Below are positions 9,959 through 20,393 of a stretch of 64,000 nucleotides of DNA, one piece after another. Made by a program: the position numbers and the translations under genes. Within the stretch, counting starts at the first letter, position 1; each line of letters begins with the position of its first letter. The DNA comes from a bacterium. Lineage in GTDB: Bacteria > Acidobacteriota > Blastocatellia > HR10. The stretch lies in assembly GCA_041640655.1 (NCBI GenBank), contig JBEPZV010000002.1, forward strand, positions 1 through 64,000, written 5' to 3'. The notes beneath the pieces are model-generated. The model ran no database searches. It saw only the letters and a list, made by a program, of their open reading frames with translations, and was not told the origin of the DNA.

Positions 9959-10024
9959 AGCGGGAGCTGCCCCCAGCACCGCGCCGATGAAGACCCCGAG
10001 CACTCGCCTCCCTGGAAGAGACCG

Positions 10025-10942
10025 TCACTCGGGCTTGCTCAAACCGTAGCGCCGCAGCTTCCGATAGAGCGTGCGCACGCCGATCCCCAACTCCCGCGCA
10101 ACGGCGGGAAGGTCGGCATGGCGCTTGAGCGCTTCAGCCAGAAGCTGCGCCTCGAAACAGGCGAGCTTCCGGCGCAAGGTCGCCTCCCGCAAGACCTCCG
10201 GTCTCGGACATCGCGCGAGGATATGGTCCGGCAAATGCTCGGGTCGCACCTCCTCGCCATCTACTCGCGCCAGGGCATACGTGAGGGCGTTCCTCAGTTC
10301 CCGCACATTCCCCGGCCAGGGATAGCAGAGCAACAGCTCCCATGCGGCCGGGGAGAGTCGCACCGAGATGCCCGCTTCGGTCAGGAAATGATGGACGAGC
10401 GCCGGGATGTCTTGCGGGCGCTCGCGGATCGGAGGGATCACGTAGACGAAGATGGAGAGGCGGTAGTAGAGATCGCGGCGGAATTCCCCGCGCTCGACCT
10501 TCTGCTTGATGTCCGCGTTCGTGGCCGCAATGAAGCGCACATCAATCGGACGATCGCGCGCGCTGCCCAAGGGGCGCACCCGTTTCGTCTCGATCGCGCG
10601 CAGCAGTTTCGCCTGCGCGTCCGAGGGGATCTCCACGACCTCATCGAGGAAGACTGTTCCCCCTTCGGCCTCCTCCAAGAGCCCCTTGCGACTCCGCGTC
10701 GCGCCGGTGAAGGCGCCGCGCTCGTAGCCGAACAGCTCGCTCTCGAGCAGATGCGTCGGGATGGCCGCGCAATTGATGGGGAGGAACGGACGGGCACTTC
10801 GGCGCGATCGCTCGTGAATGTACCGAGCGAGCACCTCCTTCCCAACCCCCGTCTCGCCCAGAATGAGCACGGCCTCAGAGCTGCGCGCGGCGATCTCAGC
10901 ATCGCGGAAGATCTTCTCCAATGATCCGATGACGACCTCCAC
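10025..10942 (-). CDS. Sigma-54-dependent enhancer-binding protein lacking an N-terminal sensory domain
   Basis: GETGVGKE Walker A, ESELFG, GAFTGA, FLDE, WPGNVREL, C-terminal Fis-type HTH; GTG start with AAGGGGAGG RBS. Confidence 0.92.
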   Translation of the reverse strand: MEVVIGSLEKIFRDAEIAARSSEAVLILGETGVGKEVLARYIHERSRRSARPFLPINCAAIPTHLLESELFGYERGAFTGATRSRKGLLEEAEGGTVFLDEVVEIPSDAQAKLLRAIETKRVRPLGSARDRPIDVRFIAATNADIKQKVERGEFRRDLYYRLSIFVYVIPPIRERPQDIPALVHHFLTEAGISVRLSPAAWELLLCYPWPGNVRELRNALTYALARVDGEEVRPEHLPDHILARCPRPEVLREATLRRKLACFEAQLLAEALKRHADLPAVARELGIGVRTLYRKLRRYGLSKPE

Positions 10943-10974
10943 CGCCGTCGCCTCCCCTTGCGCTGTCGCCGGGG

Positions 10975-11004
10975 ATTGTAGCGCGCCCTTGGAGAGGCGA
11001 GCAA
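10975..11004 (-). promoter_or_regulatory. Putative sigma-70 promoter of the activator gene
   Basis: TTGCTC-N18-TACAAT on the minus strand. Confidence 0.5.
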
Positions 11005-11023
11005 GGGGGGATCGCCCGCACGC

Positions 11024-11440
11024 TCACCGATCCGAGGATGCGCGCGCGACGCTCTCAGTGACGATCACGCGCCCGGCCATCGCCATGTGTTCGGGCGAAC
11101 ACCACACGGTGCAGTAGAACGGGAAGACGCCCGCGCGATCGGGCGTGAAGTCCACCACGTGGACCTCGCCGGGCTTGATCTCCGCGACGCCGATCCCGAA
11201 GTCCGGGAGCGCGAAGCCGTGCGAGACCGTCTCCACATTGCGGATCTTCAAGCGCACAGGTCGGCCTCGCTCCAATCGGATCTCATTCGGCTGCCAATTC
11301 CCGTTCTTCGGTTGAATGGCCAAAAGCTCGATGACTTCGCGCCCGGCGTCGCGATGGCGATCGTACCAGAGCGCGGCGACGACCGTTCCGACCGTCGCTA
11401 GCACAGCCAATGCGACGGCGAGCGCTTCTTGCCGTCTCAT
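11024..11440 (-). CDS. Membrane-anchored CuA-type cupredoxin
   Basis: N-terminal TM helix; H-x35-C-x3-C-x3-H-x2-M (SHGF...YCTVWCSPEHMAM). Confidence 0.85.
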   Translation of the reverse strand: MRRQEALAVALAVLATVGTVVAALWYDRHRDAGREVIELLAIQPKNGNWQPNEIRLERGRPVRLKIRNVETVSHGFALPDFGIGVAEIKPGEVHVVDFTPDRAGVFPFYCTVWCSPEHMAMAGRVIVTESVARASSDR

Positions 11441-11453
11441 CGCTCTCCCCTCC

Positions 11454-12932
11454 TCATCCGACGAAGAGCCACAACAGTCCCAAAGTCGTGGCTCCCAAGA
11501 AGCCGAGAATCGGAAACACCCCGCGCACGGCTGCCCCTGGCTCCGCGAACGTCTGCCGCGCGATCTTGAAGGCGATGTCGATCGAGAAGAGCAGGCCGAT
11601 CAACAGCGTCAGGATCATCAGATACGGCATGAGCCCGGTGAGCACCGGCGTCCAGGGGAAATGCGCCGTCCCGAACAGGTCCCACCCCCACGCGAACGGA
11701 TCGGAGAGGACATGCAGGAGGTAGCTCCCATTCGGCAGGATGATGCCGAGGCTGAAGGCGATCCACGCGGCCAATCCCAAGGGCACCGTGGCGTAGGAGA
11801 AGTTCACATAGACCTTCTTCAGCGGCACGGACTGACGAGCCGCGCGTCGCGCCCCCCACACGAAGAGGAGGAAGATCGCGGGCAGAACGAGCAGATTCCA
11901 ACCCGCGTGCAGACCGATGAAGGTCAGATACCCGGAGAGCGTCGCCGCGTTCGCCCAATCTTTGAGCGTCCCCCACGGCCCCTGGAACGTCGTGAAGAAG
12001 ACGATGGCGATCCCCAGCATGATGAGCGCTTTGTACGCCTCATCCAATCCGCGCTTCTCATCCACGAGCAGGTCCACTCCCGGCGGGCGCAAGTTGACGG
12101 CCATGTTGTCGTATTCGCACGTCTTCAAGCACTCGAAGCACATGCCGCAGTAGGTGTTCCGGCGAAAGGCATAGGGCAGCAGCAACCACGGACAGCCATA
12201 TCCCCGCTCATTGCCCACGACGCACCCTTTCTGCTTGTGTCTGGCGCAGATCTCGGGATCCTTCACCCGCACCTCCGTGAGCGCGAAATTCGAATAGAGC
12301 CCCTGGAAGCCGCTCACCGGACACACGTAGAGGCAGAACGTCCGCGCGCGATAGATGAGCGAGAGCACGACCGAGAGGGCGATGATCGCCGCCAGGAGCA
12401 CGAACGTCGCCGCCGGTCGCACGGTGAAGAATCCCGAGGCGAAGGTCGTCGCCAGAAAGAGAATGTTCATGAGCCACATGTTCGAGAGCGATTTCGGCCA
12501 TCGCTTGTTCAAGCCGAAATAGGGATTCCGTCCCCTCTCGTACCGGACGCTGAACAGCCGCAGCCGCTGCAGCCACTCGCCCAGAAACGGCAGCGGGCAC
12601 ATCGTGCACCAGAAGCGCGAGAGCACGGGCACCAGCACCGTCATCAGGAGCACCCACCAGAGGATCCACACGATCATGATGCCGAAGTTGTAATTGCCCG
12701 GCGAGGTCAAACCGCCGAAGAATCCGGCCATGAGGATGACGGTGAACAGGAAGACGTTGAAGAGGATGAGCGCGAGCGGCATCCAGCGACTCTTGAGGAG
12801 CCGCCGGACCCACGGGAATCGCGTCAGCTCAAAGCGCCACGTTTCCGGAATGAGCCCCAAGATGTATCCCTCGCGCATATCCCCGACCTCCTCAATGGCG
12901 AATTCGGGACGCCGCGCCGTGATCTCGCTCAC
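11454..12932 (-). CDS. NapH/NosR/FixG-like polytopic membrane 4Fe-4S protein
   Basis: Many TM helices; WCTMCP, FCLYVCP, GYGCP and CGMCFECLKTC motifs; GTGA overlap with the upstream gene (alternative ATG at 12878). Confidence 0.85.
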   Translation of the reverse strand: MSEITARRPEFAIEEVGDMREGYILGLIPETWRFELTRFPWVRRLLKSRWMPLALILFNVFLFTVILMAGFFGGLTSPGNYNFGIMIVWILWWVLLMTVLVPVLSRFWCTMCPLPFLGEWLQRLRLFSVRYERGRNPYFGLNKRWPKSLSNMWLMNILFLATTFASGFFTVRPAATFVLLAAIIALSVVLSLIYRARTFCLYVCPVSGFQGLYSNFALTEVRVKDPEICARHKQKGCVVGNERGYGCPWLLLPYAFRRNTYCGMCFECLKTCEYDNMAVNLRPPGVDLLVDEKRGLDEAYKALIMLGIAIVFFTTFQGPWGTLKDWANAATLSGYLTFIGLHAGWNLLVLPAIFLLFVWGARRAARQSVPLKKVYVNFSYATVPLGLAAWIAFSLGIILPNGSYLLHVLSDPFAWGWDLFGTAHFPWTPVLTGLMPYLMILTLLIGLLFSIDIAFKIARQTFAEPGAAVRGVFPILGFLGATTLGLLWLFVG

Positions 12933-13426
12933 GACTCCGCCGAGGGCGCGGCGCGATCCTCGGCGAGCTCTCGCACGAAGAACGCTTCGTGCTCGGCCTC
13001 GATCTCCGCCAATTCGCGAAAGAGCGCGCGCAAGGCGGCCTCCTCCACGCGCTCGGCTGACTCCATGTAGAACGCTCGGGCGCGACGCTCGGCGAGCAGA
13101 CCGACCTCCAGCGCCTGACGCCGCCGCACCCGGTCATACACGAACGCTTCGCCATCCTCGAAGATGGGCGCCTCGACCAGCTCCCGAATGTCCTCATCGG
13201 TGAGGTCGCACGTCGCCTCCCCATATCGTTCCGCGTACATCGCGTGCAGACGTCGGCCATGCTCGCGCTCCTCGCGCGCCATCTCCCGAAATGTCTGCGC
13301 GACGTCCGGCTCATACCACTCGAACATCTCCGCGTAGTTCTCGTAGATTCGGGCGTTTCGCTCCTCGATCCAGATGGCGACCTTCAAGACTTCCGGCGGC
13401 GACAACTCCGCGAGCGAACGTCTCAT
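12929..13426 (-). CDS. Ferritin-like / rubrerythrin-family di-iron protein
   Basis: AIWIEE...Y, EEREH, AE...FY and EAEH four-helix di-iron ligand pattern. Confidence 0.85.
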   Translation of the reverse strand: MRRSLAELSPPEVLKVAIWIEERNARIYENYAEMFEWYEPDVAQTFREMAREEREHGRRLHAMYAERYGEATCDLTDEDIRELVEAPIFEDGEAFVYDRVRRRQALEVGLLAERRARAFYMESAERVEEAALRALFRELAEIEAEHEAFFVRELAEDRAAPSAES

Positions 13427-13439
13427 AGCGGCGTCCTCC

Positions 13440-13904
13440 TCACGATCCCGAGCCGCGCGTCCCGACGGCGACGAACGCCGCGCCGAAGAGCGCGAGCACG
13501 GCGCCCGTCGCTCCCCAGAACCGATAATCCGGCTCGACCTTGAGATACCCGATCATGTACGGATGAAAGGCACCACACGTGACCGAGCAGCGGAAGGCGA
13601 ATTTTCCCGTCCGATCGGCCACGAAGCGCACGACGCCGTCCTGCCCCGGAAGAGCGCTCGTCTGCACCTCGTAGCCGTCCAGATACAACCCATGGTGCAC
13701 GTCTTCGCTCACCAGACGAATGGTGACGACGTCACCCCGACGGACGCGCACGATGTTCGGCGTGTAATGGAAGCGTCGGGCGACGATGGTGACGGCCCGT
13801 TCTTCTCCTCGAGCCGGCCACCAGGCGAGCACCACGGACGCGAGGAAGAGCATCATCCCTGCTCCGAGAAGGACTGCGCCCACGCGTCTCAGTGTTCGGA
13901 TCAT
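13440..13904 (-). CDS. CuA-type cupredoxin (cytochrome c oxidase subunit II-like domain) with N- and C-terminal hydrophobic segments
   Basis: DVHHG...H-x34-CSVTCGAFHPYM; ATG at 13904 with AGGAGG RBS (alternative ATG at 13919 overlaps the upstream stop). Confidence 0.85.
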   Translation of the reverse strand: MIRTLRRVGAVLLGAGMMLFLASVVLAWWPARGEERAVTIVARRFHYTPNIVRVRRGDVVTIRLVSEDVHHGLYLDGYEVQTSALPGQDGVVRFVADRTGKFAFRCSVTCGAFHPYMIGYLKVEPDYRFWGATGAVLALFGAAFVAVGTRGSGS

Positions 13905-13915
13905 CACCCTCCTCC

Positions 13916-14803
13916 TCATCTCCCTGAAGCACCGGCGGGGACTTCGGTCGGCCACACGCGCAGCCGCACCCATCCGGTGATGGATTTGCGCGCTCCGCGA
14001 TCCCCCTTCGCCCCATCCCACACGGCGAAGGCGACCGCGCGTGTTCCTCCAACGGGCAACGCGGCTTCGTCAGCCGCTCCATCGGCGGCCAGCGCGCGCG
14101 TGAGGATCACCGTCCACACCCCCTTCTTCCAGAATCCTCGCCCCTGCACGCGCTGATGCGCGCGCGGGGTGAGCGTCCCCACGCCGCGCGCGACGAGGTC
14201 CTCGACGGCCGAGGGCATCGGCTCGGTCGTGATCGGAAAAACTTCGCGCGGTTCGAAGGGGTAATAGTAATCGGCATAGGGGCGCTCGGACTGAACCCTC
14301 GCCGAATCCCCTCCCCACACCTGCGCATCTCGCGCGGCCTTCCACGCCCAGATGTTCGCCCCTTCCAAGAATCCCATCATGATCGTATTCGGCTGCGGAT
14401 TCTCCACCAGCGGCAGCATGACGGCACACGCATCCGAGAACACATCGCGCCCCAGTTGGCGATCCTCCGTTGGATCCCGCCACTGAAGGCGGAAGAAGAT
14501 GCGCTCGCCATTATGAAAGGCCGCGACGGTGACCTCCGGCACGCTCGCTCTCCCCCAAGGAATGGCCGTCACTTGAGGCGCGAGTGGGAACGTCTTGCTG
14601 GGAACCTGCTGCCAGATCGGATCCTCGGCCCCCCGTTCGCTCAACTCGACGCCCCGTTCCAGATACGGGACGTCGAGCGTCTCCATCGGCTGGTCGGCTG
14701 CCGGAGGAAACGTGCGATAGCGAAAGAGCGCATAATACGACCCGACCAGGAAGAGACTCACGACGAGTCCGATGAGTCCGACGATGACGAGCGTCCTCCT
14801 CAT
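13916..14803 (-). CDS. Heme-b gamma subunit (ethylbenzene dehydrogenase/DOMON-like; NxrC-like)
   Basis: N-terminal TM; FRLQWRDPT, FSDACAVMLP, IMMG, AFAVWDG...RGARKS; ATGA overlap with the chaperone gene. Confidence 0.82.
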   Translation of the reverse strand: MRRTLVIVGLIGLVVSLFLVGSYYALFRYRTFPPAADQPMETLDVPYLERGVELSERGAEDPIWQQVPSKTFPLAPQVTAIPWGRASVPEVTVAAFHNGERIFFRLQWRDPTEDRQLGRDVFSDACAVMLPLVENPQPNTIMMGFLEGANIWAWKAARDAQVWGGDSARVQSERPYADYYYPFEPREVFPITTEPMPSAVEDLVARGVGTLTPRAHQRVQGRGFWKKGVWTVILTRALAADGAADEAALPVGGTRAVAFAVWDGAKGDRGARKSITGWVRLRVWPTEVPAGASGR

Positions 14804-15624
14804 GGCTCCGCCCCTCCTTCCGGGATCGCCCATTGGCGAAACGTCCGGGAATACCCTGCGGACACATCGCCGCAGGATACGGACCAGGGACATGTGCCCC
14901 CCCCATCATCCGCGTCGTCGCATGACATCGGCGCCAATCCCCCCGTCCCTGAGGGCACCCCCCACCGCGCGCATTCCCGCTCGAGGAATCGCTCCAGCCA
15001 CGCGAGCATGCGACCGTAAAATCCCCCTTCGCCCGCGCCGACCTCACGGGCGCGACGACGCACGGCGCGAGCGAGCGCCGGGACCCAAACGGCGAGATGA
15101 TCGCGCAGGAAGGCGCGCTCGGCGTCCTGCGTGACGCGAAGATGCTCGTCGTCATCGCGCGCGCGCATCTCCTTGAGCGCGAGCACGTACATGAACTCCA
15201 ACTCCACACTGAGGTGATCGGGCCGTTCGCGCGCCGGCTCCATCCCGAACGCGCGATAGAATCCGTTGAGATCGGCCAGAATCTCCACCCACTGGAACTC
15301 GTGCGCGCCTCGATACATGGCCTCGTAGAGCGGCACCCCCCTCTCCAGATGAAAGAGGGCATGATAAGTGCTCCCGAGCCGAGCGATGTCGCCCGGGAAC
15401 TCCGCCGAGCGCAGATACGCCGCCATCTCTTCCACGAGCGCCAGCTCCAAGCTCGTGGAAGCCGTCGCGAATCCGGCGAGCACCTCGGGCAATTCCGGAT
15501 CGCGAAAAACGTCCACCACTTCCGGCGAGGGATAGAGGAAGGCCAGCGAGAAGACTCGATACAGGCCTCCCCGCATCGAGGCCTCGCTCATCGCACGTTC
15601 GCTCCGGTGCTCGGCGTCTCTCAT
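14800..15624 (-). CDS. TorD/DmsD/NarJ-family molybdoenzyme maturation chaperone
   Basis: LYRVFSLAFLYP, FYRAFG, ERPDHLSVELEFM, FLRDHLAVW; start may be 15624 or 15591. Confidence 0.87.
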   Translation of the reverse strand: MRDAEHRSERAMSEASMRGGLYRVFSLAFLYPSPEVVDVFRDPELPEVLAGFATASTSLELALVEEMAAYLRSAEFPGDIARLGSTYHALFHLERGVPLYEAMYRGAHEFQWVEILADLNGFYRAFGMEPARERPDHLSVELEFMYVLALKEMRARDDDEHLRVTQDAERAFLRDHLAVWVPALARAVRRRAREVGAGEGGFYGRMLAWLERFLERECARWGVPSGTGGLAPMSCDDADDGGGTCPWSVSCGDVSAGYSRTFRQWAIPEGGAEP

Positions 15625-15625
15625 C

Positions 15626-16759
15626 TCACGTGATGCTGAAGCGATAGACCTGATGGCGTTCATCGTAGAAGGGTCGCACATGAACGGGCTCCTTGATCGG
15701 GACCTTCACCAGTTCCACCCCCTGCTCGTTGTACCCATAGGCGAATCCGTCCTTGACCTTGAAGCGGTGGATGATGAAGGGCGTGCTCCCGAAGAGCATC
15801 AAAAGCCCGATGAGCGTCTGATCCCCCTCGCGCGCCGCCTTCAGATACGTCTTCACCGCCTCCTCGGCGCGCGGGCCGAAGAGCATCGTCGTGAAGCTCG
15901 TCGGGACGTTGACCGGCGGGATGTAATAGACGTTCGGCTCGGTCCCGAACTGCGGATAGAGGGGCAGGGCGACCTTGCGCACGTGCACCAGATAGTCAAT
16001 GGGATTATCCTCGCGCGCCCGATCCGGCGTGCTCACGAAGCCCATCAGCCGGATCTTGCCGATGCAGGTGACGACGCATTCGGGCTGAAGGCCCTGCTCG
16101 ACCTTCGGATAGCAGCCGATGCACTTCTGCGTCTTGCCCAGGGCTTGGTTGAACATCACCTTCTTGTAGGGGCAGGCGCGGATGCAGTCTTGATAGCCGC
16201 GGCAGCGAATCTGATCCACGAGCACGATGCCGTCTTCCGGCCGCTTGTAGATGGCCTTGCGCGGGCAGCCGGCCAGACAGGCCGGATACGTGCAGTGATT
16301 GCAGATGCGCTGCAGATAGAACATCCACGGCTGATGCGGGATGCGAATGTACTGCCCCTGCTGAACCGGCGCGCTCACTTCGTCCTCGCCGATATTCGGA
16401 TACGACCAATCCTCTCGTTCGGGCATGATGCCCAGGGCGACCTCGCCCGGCGGCGCCGCCTCGAAGATCGTCTTGCCGCGATAGACGTCGCCCTCCCACT
16501 CCTGCACGCCGAGCCGCTCGAGCAATCGCACGTCCCAGCCGAGCGGATAGAAGCCCCAGGGCTTGGTCTCGACGTTGTTCCAGAACATGTACTCCTGCCC
16601 ATGCCCCGAAGTCCACGCGTTCTTGCAGGCGATGGTGCAGGTCTGACAGGCAATGCATTTGTTCGTGTCGAAGACGGCGGCGAACTGCCGCTTCGGTCTT
16701 GGCGCTTCGTAGGGATAGGACATGTCGCGCCCGAGTTGCCAGTTATAGACGTTGGCCAT
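15626..16759 (-). CDS. nxrB: Fe-S beta subunit of Nitrospira/anammox-type nitrite oxidoreductase / periplasmic nitrate reductase
   Basis: VYNWQLGR.M.YPYE N-terminus, CIACQTCTIAC, QEYMFWNNVETKP, CNHCTYPACLAGCP, CRGYQDCIRACP, KCIGCYP; ATG at 16759 with RBS. Confidence 0.85.
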   Translation of the reverse strand: MANVYNWQLGRDMSYPYEAPRPKRQFAAVFDTNKCIACQTCTIACKNAWTSGHGQEYMFWNNVETKPWGFYPLGWDVRLLERLGVQEWEGDVYRGKTIFEAAPPGEVALGIMPEREDWSYPNIGEDEVSAPVQQGQYIRIPHQPWMFYLQRICNHCTYPACLAGCPRKAIYKRPEDGIVLVDQIRCRGYQDCIRACPYKKVMFNQALGKTQKCIGCYPKVEQGLQPECVVTCIGKIRLMGFVSTPDRAREDNPIDYLVHVRKVALPLYPQFGTEPNVYYIPPVNVPTSFTTMLFGPRAEEAVKTYLKAAREGDQTLIGLLMLFGSTPFIIHRFKVKDGFAYGYNEQGVELVKVPIKEPVHVRPFYDERHQVYRFSIT

Positions 16760-16867
16760 ATCCTTCTCCTTTCCACCTTCTGACGCGCAATCGGATGCCG
16801 CCCGCACCGCGCGGCCAAATGGCGAAGCGCGTCGCACCGTTCGCGCGAAATGACCCCTTCACGCCGC

Positions 16868-19800
16868 TCATCGCTTCCTCACGAATTCGCCGTTGAGGAA
16901 CCGGCGCATCGCTTCGCTCTCGTAGGTTGGGCGCAAGCCCAATCGCGCCGGCCGCCAGAGGCGCTCTTTTTCGAGGCCGCCATCCTCGGCTTTGGTGATC
17001 TTGACGAACGACTCTTTGGGCGCGCCCACGGTGCAGTGAATGTCCGGAGCGAAGCCCTTGCCGATCGTCTGCCCGAAGACGTCTTTGCGCACCAAGCTGT
17101 CGGTCATCAAGGTGGGCCGGAGCCAGGCGCGCGTCGCCGATTGGTGACTGCCGTAGCGAAACATCGCTTGATAGCCCGTGCGCGGGTTGCGGGCCAGATG
17201 ATCGGGATTCTTCTCATGCCCCTCGACCGAACCATAGGTGGCCGCGTACATGTGGAACCAGGAGCGCGCGATCCGCGGTGGAATCCCCTGGTAATAGCGC
17301 GCCCGGAGCATGCACCGCGAGAGCTTGTACGCTTCGGTCCCCGCTCGCCATCCGCGATAAGGGCGATCTTCGGGATCGCCATCAATCCACACGTAATCGC
17401 CGTCCTCGATGCCGAGCGCCTTGGCGTCCTCGGGATTGATGTCCACGTAGCCCTCGCCCACCCACGGCTTGCGCCGATCGCGCCGATAGGGATCGCCGAA
17501 CGGCCCGAACCACAAGGCCATCAGATCCGTGTCCACGGGCGTCGTGTGCACGCCGTGCCGATACTTGGGCGTGATGTAGACGTGCGTGAAGCCGCGCCGC
17601 GCGAGCGGATGGCGGCTCCGCACGACCTCCTCCACCGCGCGCACGACGTTGCGCACCTGCCGCACCTCGACCGAGAGATCCTCGCGCGAGAGCCCATAGG
17701 CCTCCGGAGGCGAGGGGCGAATCGCCGGATGCGGACGATTCGCGACGATCACGTTCGGCTCGTGCAGCGTCCCATCCACCGGCTCGCGATAGACCGGGAT
17801 CGCCTCCCCGTGCTCGAGAAATTCCGGCTCGGGCCGATAGTATTCGAGTCGTCCCGTCTTCGTGTACCAGGGCTTGCTCTCGTTCGTGTGCTCCCAGCCC
17901 ATGATCTTCGGATACGTGCGCGTGAGGATGAGCGCCGGGATGCCCTCTTTGGCCTTCGCCTCCAGCTCTTCGATCCTGTAGCCGCGCGTCGTCGTGCTCG
18001 CATTGATGATCCGCTGCAGGTAGACTTCGACCCGGCCCTCCTTGACGAACCTCCAGTAATCGGCAAACCGCGCGTCCCCGGTCAGCTCCGCGAGCTTCCC
18101 GCTGACTCCCGCGCAGATCTCGATGTCCGAGCGCGTGTTGTGCAATCGCGGCAACGGCGTGCGCGGGAAGACTTGAAGGAAGGGATTCGTCACCGACGCC
18201 GTGATGTCCGGATACTTGAACTCGGCCCACGAATCCACCGGGAAGACGATGTCGGCATACTCGCACGAAGCCGTCCACCACCAATCCTGCACGAGGATCA
18301 TCTCCACCTTCGGGAGCGTGTTCACCACGACGTCGTAATGCCATTTGATGTTGCCGAGGATCGAATTCGAGTTGGCGAACCACATCGCCTTCGTGGGCGT
18401 CGGCAGGTGCGTGCGCCCGGTGAAGAGCTTATTGCCGATCCGCAGCGGGCGATCGCCGTAGTTGAAATAGTGCGCCGATTCCATCTTGTAGTATGACTTC
18501 ACGCGCGCCGGCTGCGCCGGATCCAGCTCGATGTCGAAGGGATCCTCGGCGATGAACTGCGGATTGCCGTTGAAGAGGGCCGAACGATAATTGCCCGCAT
18601 AGGAGCCGATGTTGCCGCCGTGCACGCCGACGTTGCGCGTCAGCGCGCAGATGAGGAAGATCGCGCGGTCCTTGAGATCGTTGTTGAAGAAGTGATTCGG
18701 CCCCATGCCGACGGCCACGAGCGTCCCGGCGCGAAATCGCGCCAGATCCCGCGCCAGATTGACGATCGCCTCTTTCGGCGCCCACGTGAGCTTCGAGACC
18801 GAATCGGGATCGAAGCTGTCCAGGACGTACTGCTTGATGAGGTCGAAGACGGGCCGCACGCGCACGCGCCGACCATCTGCGAGCTGAACCTCGAACTCGC
18901 CTTCGAGCGCCGGGTCTATGCCCTTCTTCTTGAAATGCTCGCCCACATCATCGCGCGTGATGACGACGGGCTTGCCCGTCTTCACGTCCCACACGGTGAA
19001 GTCGCCCCATTCGTCGCGCAAGCCCTCGGAGATATACTGCGCCTCCTGGCGAACGGGCGGCGGCGCGCTCTCGCCGGGTCGCAGCACCTTTGTGTTGTTC
19101 CGAAGCGGAGCGGGTCGGTAACTCGGGATGATGTCGGAGGCCTTCAGATGCTCGAGCGTATCCATGCGCACCAGCAGGGGCAAATCGGTGAAGCACTTGA
19201 TGAACTCTTCGTCGTAGAGCTTCTCCCGGATGAGGACGTGCGCGATCCCCAAAGCGAGCGCCGCATCCGTGCCCGGGCGAATGATGATGATCTCGTCGGC
19301 CTTCGAGCACGTCGAGGAATATTCGACCGTGACGGCGACTACTTTCGTCCCCTTGAGCCGCGCCTCCGTGAGCCAATGGGCATCGGGCATCTTCGTGGAG
19401 ATCCAATTCATGCCCCAGCAGATGACCATGCGAGCGTTCTCGGCGTCGCACAGATCGAACTCGACCGTCTGCTGTCCGGTCACCATGGGGTGGCCCGGCG
19501 GCAGATCCGTGTGCCAGGAGTAGCTGTCCCAGCCGCGCCCGCCGAGCGCGCGATCGGGCCCGACATTGCGCAGCTTCGCATCCAGAAGCGCCAGCGCGTT
19601 GGCCAGACGATAGAGCGCCATGATGCGCACCGTCCCCAAAAGAGGCATCCCGCCGCGGAACTTGAGCGTCTGTGTGCCGGCGCCCTTCATCGCTTCGATC
19701 ATCGCTTCGTCGTACCCTTGCGCGCGCAGGAGGCGAGCGCCGCGCTCGCCCGTGTAGGTCCGGGCGATGTTCAGGAGCGCGCGCGCGGCCAGATCGAACG

Positions 19801-20368
19801 CCTCGTCCCAGGAGACCTCGATCCACTCGTCCTTGCCGCGCTGGAACAACTCGCGAGGCGGGCGCCCCAGAGCGTCGCGCGGGAAGCCGCGCTCGACCCA
19901 CGCCTTGAAGCCGCGCCGCACCATCGGCTGCCGGCACCGCCTCGGCCCGTAGATGCGCCGCAACAGAGCCAAGCCCTTATTGCAGCACCGCGGATCCCAG
20001 CGCGCCGAGGCCGCATTCCCGTAGAGATCGGTCGCCCGACCGTAGCCGAAACTCGGCCCGATGCGCACGATGACGTTGTTCTTCACGTAGGCTTTGAGCA
20101 AGCAGTTGTGCGTATCGTTGGGCGCGCACAGGAAGTGAAACGTGCTGTCGTAGCGGTAGACATCGCGATACAGCCGCTCCCAATCGCGACTCGGGTAGTG
20201 CTGGAACGGATCCACGATCTCATCGCTCGGCTGAAAGAGCGAGAGGCTCGGACGGCACGCGGCCTCGGTGGCGGCGAGCGCCGCGAGGGTGAGGAACGCG
20301 CGGCGCGTGACCTTCGAGCCTCCGCGCTCGGATCGGTCCACTGCCCTGTGTTCACTCCGCTCGGCCAT
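16868..20368 (-). CDS. nxrA: Tat-exported Mo-bisPGD alpha subunit, NXR/NAR-like (type II DMSO reductase family)
   Basis: TRRAFL Tat signal; FS0 motif CAPNDTHNC...C (C-x3-D-x3-C); WHTDLP Mo-ligand Asp; FRYGSHQS...[16 protein letters not shown]-terminus as in Nitrospira-type NxrA. Reaction direction unknown. Confidence 0.85.
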   Translation of the reverse strand: MAERSEHRAVDRSERGGSKVTRRAFLTLAALAATEAACRPSLSLFQPSDEIVDPFQHYPSRDWERLYRDVYRYDSTFHFLCAPNDTHNCLLKAYVKNNVIVRIGPSFGYGRATDLYGNAASARWDPRCCNKGLALLRRIYGPRRCRQPMVRRGFKAWVERGFPRDALGRPPRELFQRGKDEWIEVSWDEAFDLAARALLNIARTYTGERGARLLRAQGYDEAMIEAMKGAGTQTLKFRGGMPLLGTVRIMALYRLANALALLDAKLRNVGPDRALGGRGWDSYSWHTDLPPGHPMVTGQQTVEFDLCDAENARMVICWGMNWISTKMPDAHWLTEARLKGTKVVAVTVEYSSTCSKADEIIIIRPGTDAALALGIAHVLIREKLYDEEFIKCFTDLPLLVRMDTLEHLKASDIIPSYRPAPLRNNTKVLRPGESAPPPVRQEAQYISEGLRDEWGDFTVWDVKTGKPVVITRDDVGEHFKKKGIDPALEGEFEVQLADGRRVRVRPVFDLIKQYVLDSFDPDSVSKLTWAPKEAIVNLARDLARFRAGTLVAVGMGPNHFFNNDLKDRAIFLICALTRNVGVHGGNIGSYAGNYRSALFNGNPQFIAEDPFDIELDPAQPARVKSYYKMESAHYFNYGDRPLRIGNKLFTGRTHLPTPTKAMWFANSNSILGNIKWHYDVVVNTLPKVEMILVQDWWWTASCEYADIVFPVDSWAEFKYPDITASVTNPFLQVFPRTPLPRLHNTRSDIEICAGVSGKLAELTGDARFADYWRFVKEGRVEVYLQRIINASTTTRGYRIEELEAKAKEGIPALILTRTYPKIMGWEHTNESKPWYTKTGRLEYYRPEPEFLEHGEAIPVYREPVDGTLHEPNVIVANRPHPAIRPSPPEAYGLSREDLSVEVRQVRNVVRAVEEVVRSRHPLARRGFTHVYITPKYRHGVHTTPVDTDLMALWFGPFGDPYRRDRRKPWVGEGYVDINPEDAKALGIEDGDYVWIDGDPEDRPYRGWRAGTEAYKLSRCMLRARYYQGIPPRIARSWFHMYAATYGSVEGHEKNPDHLARNPRTGYQAMFRYGSHQSATRAWLRPTLMTDSLVRKDVFGQTIGKGFAPDIHCTVGAPKESFVKITKAEDGGLEKERLWRPARLGLRPTYESEAMRRFLNGEFVRKR

Positions 20369-20393
20369 ACCTCCCCTCCTCAGAGGCGATGCC

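Noticed and set aside
11024..13904. Cytochrome c oxidase or nitrous oxide reductase genes
   Set aside because: Only isolated CuA domains are present; no subunit I or NosZ catalytic domain
16868..20368. Canonical cytoplasm-facing NarG, or proof of nitrite oxidation
   Set aside because: The Tat signal, Asp-type FS0 motif and lack of NarI exclude canonical NarGHI; reaction direction cannot be read from sequence
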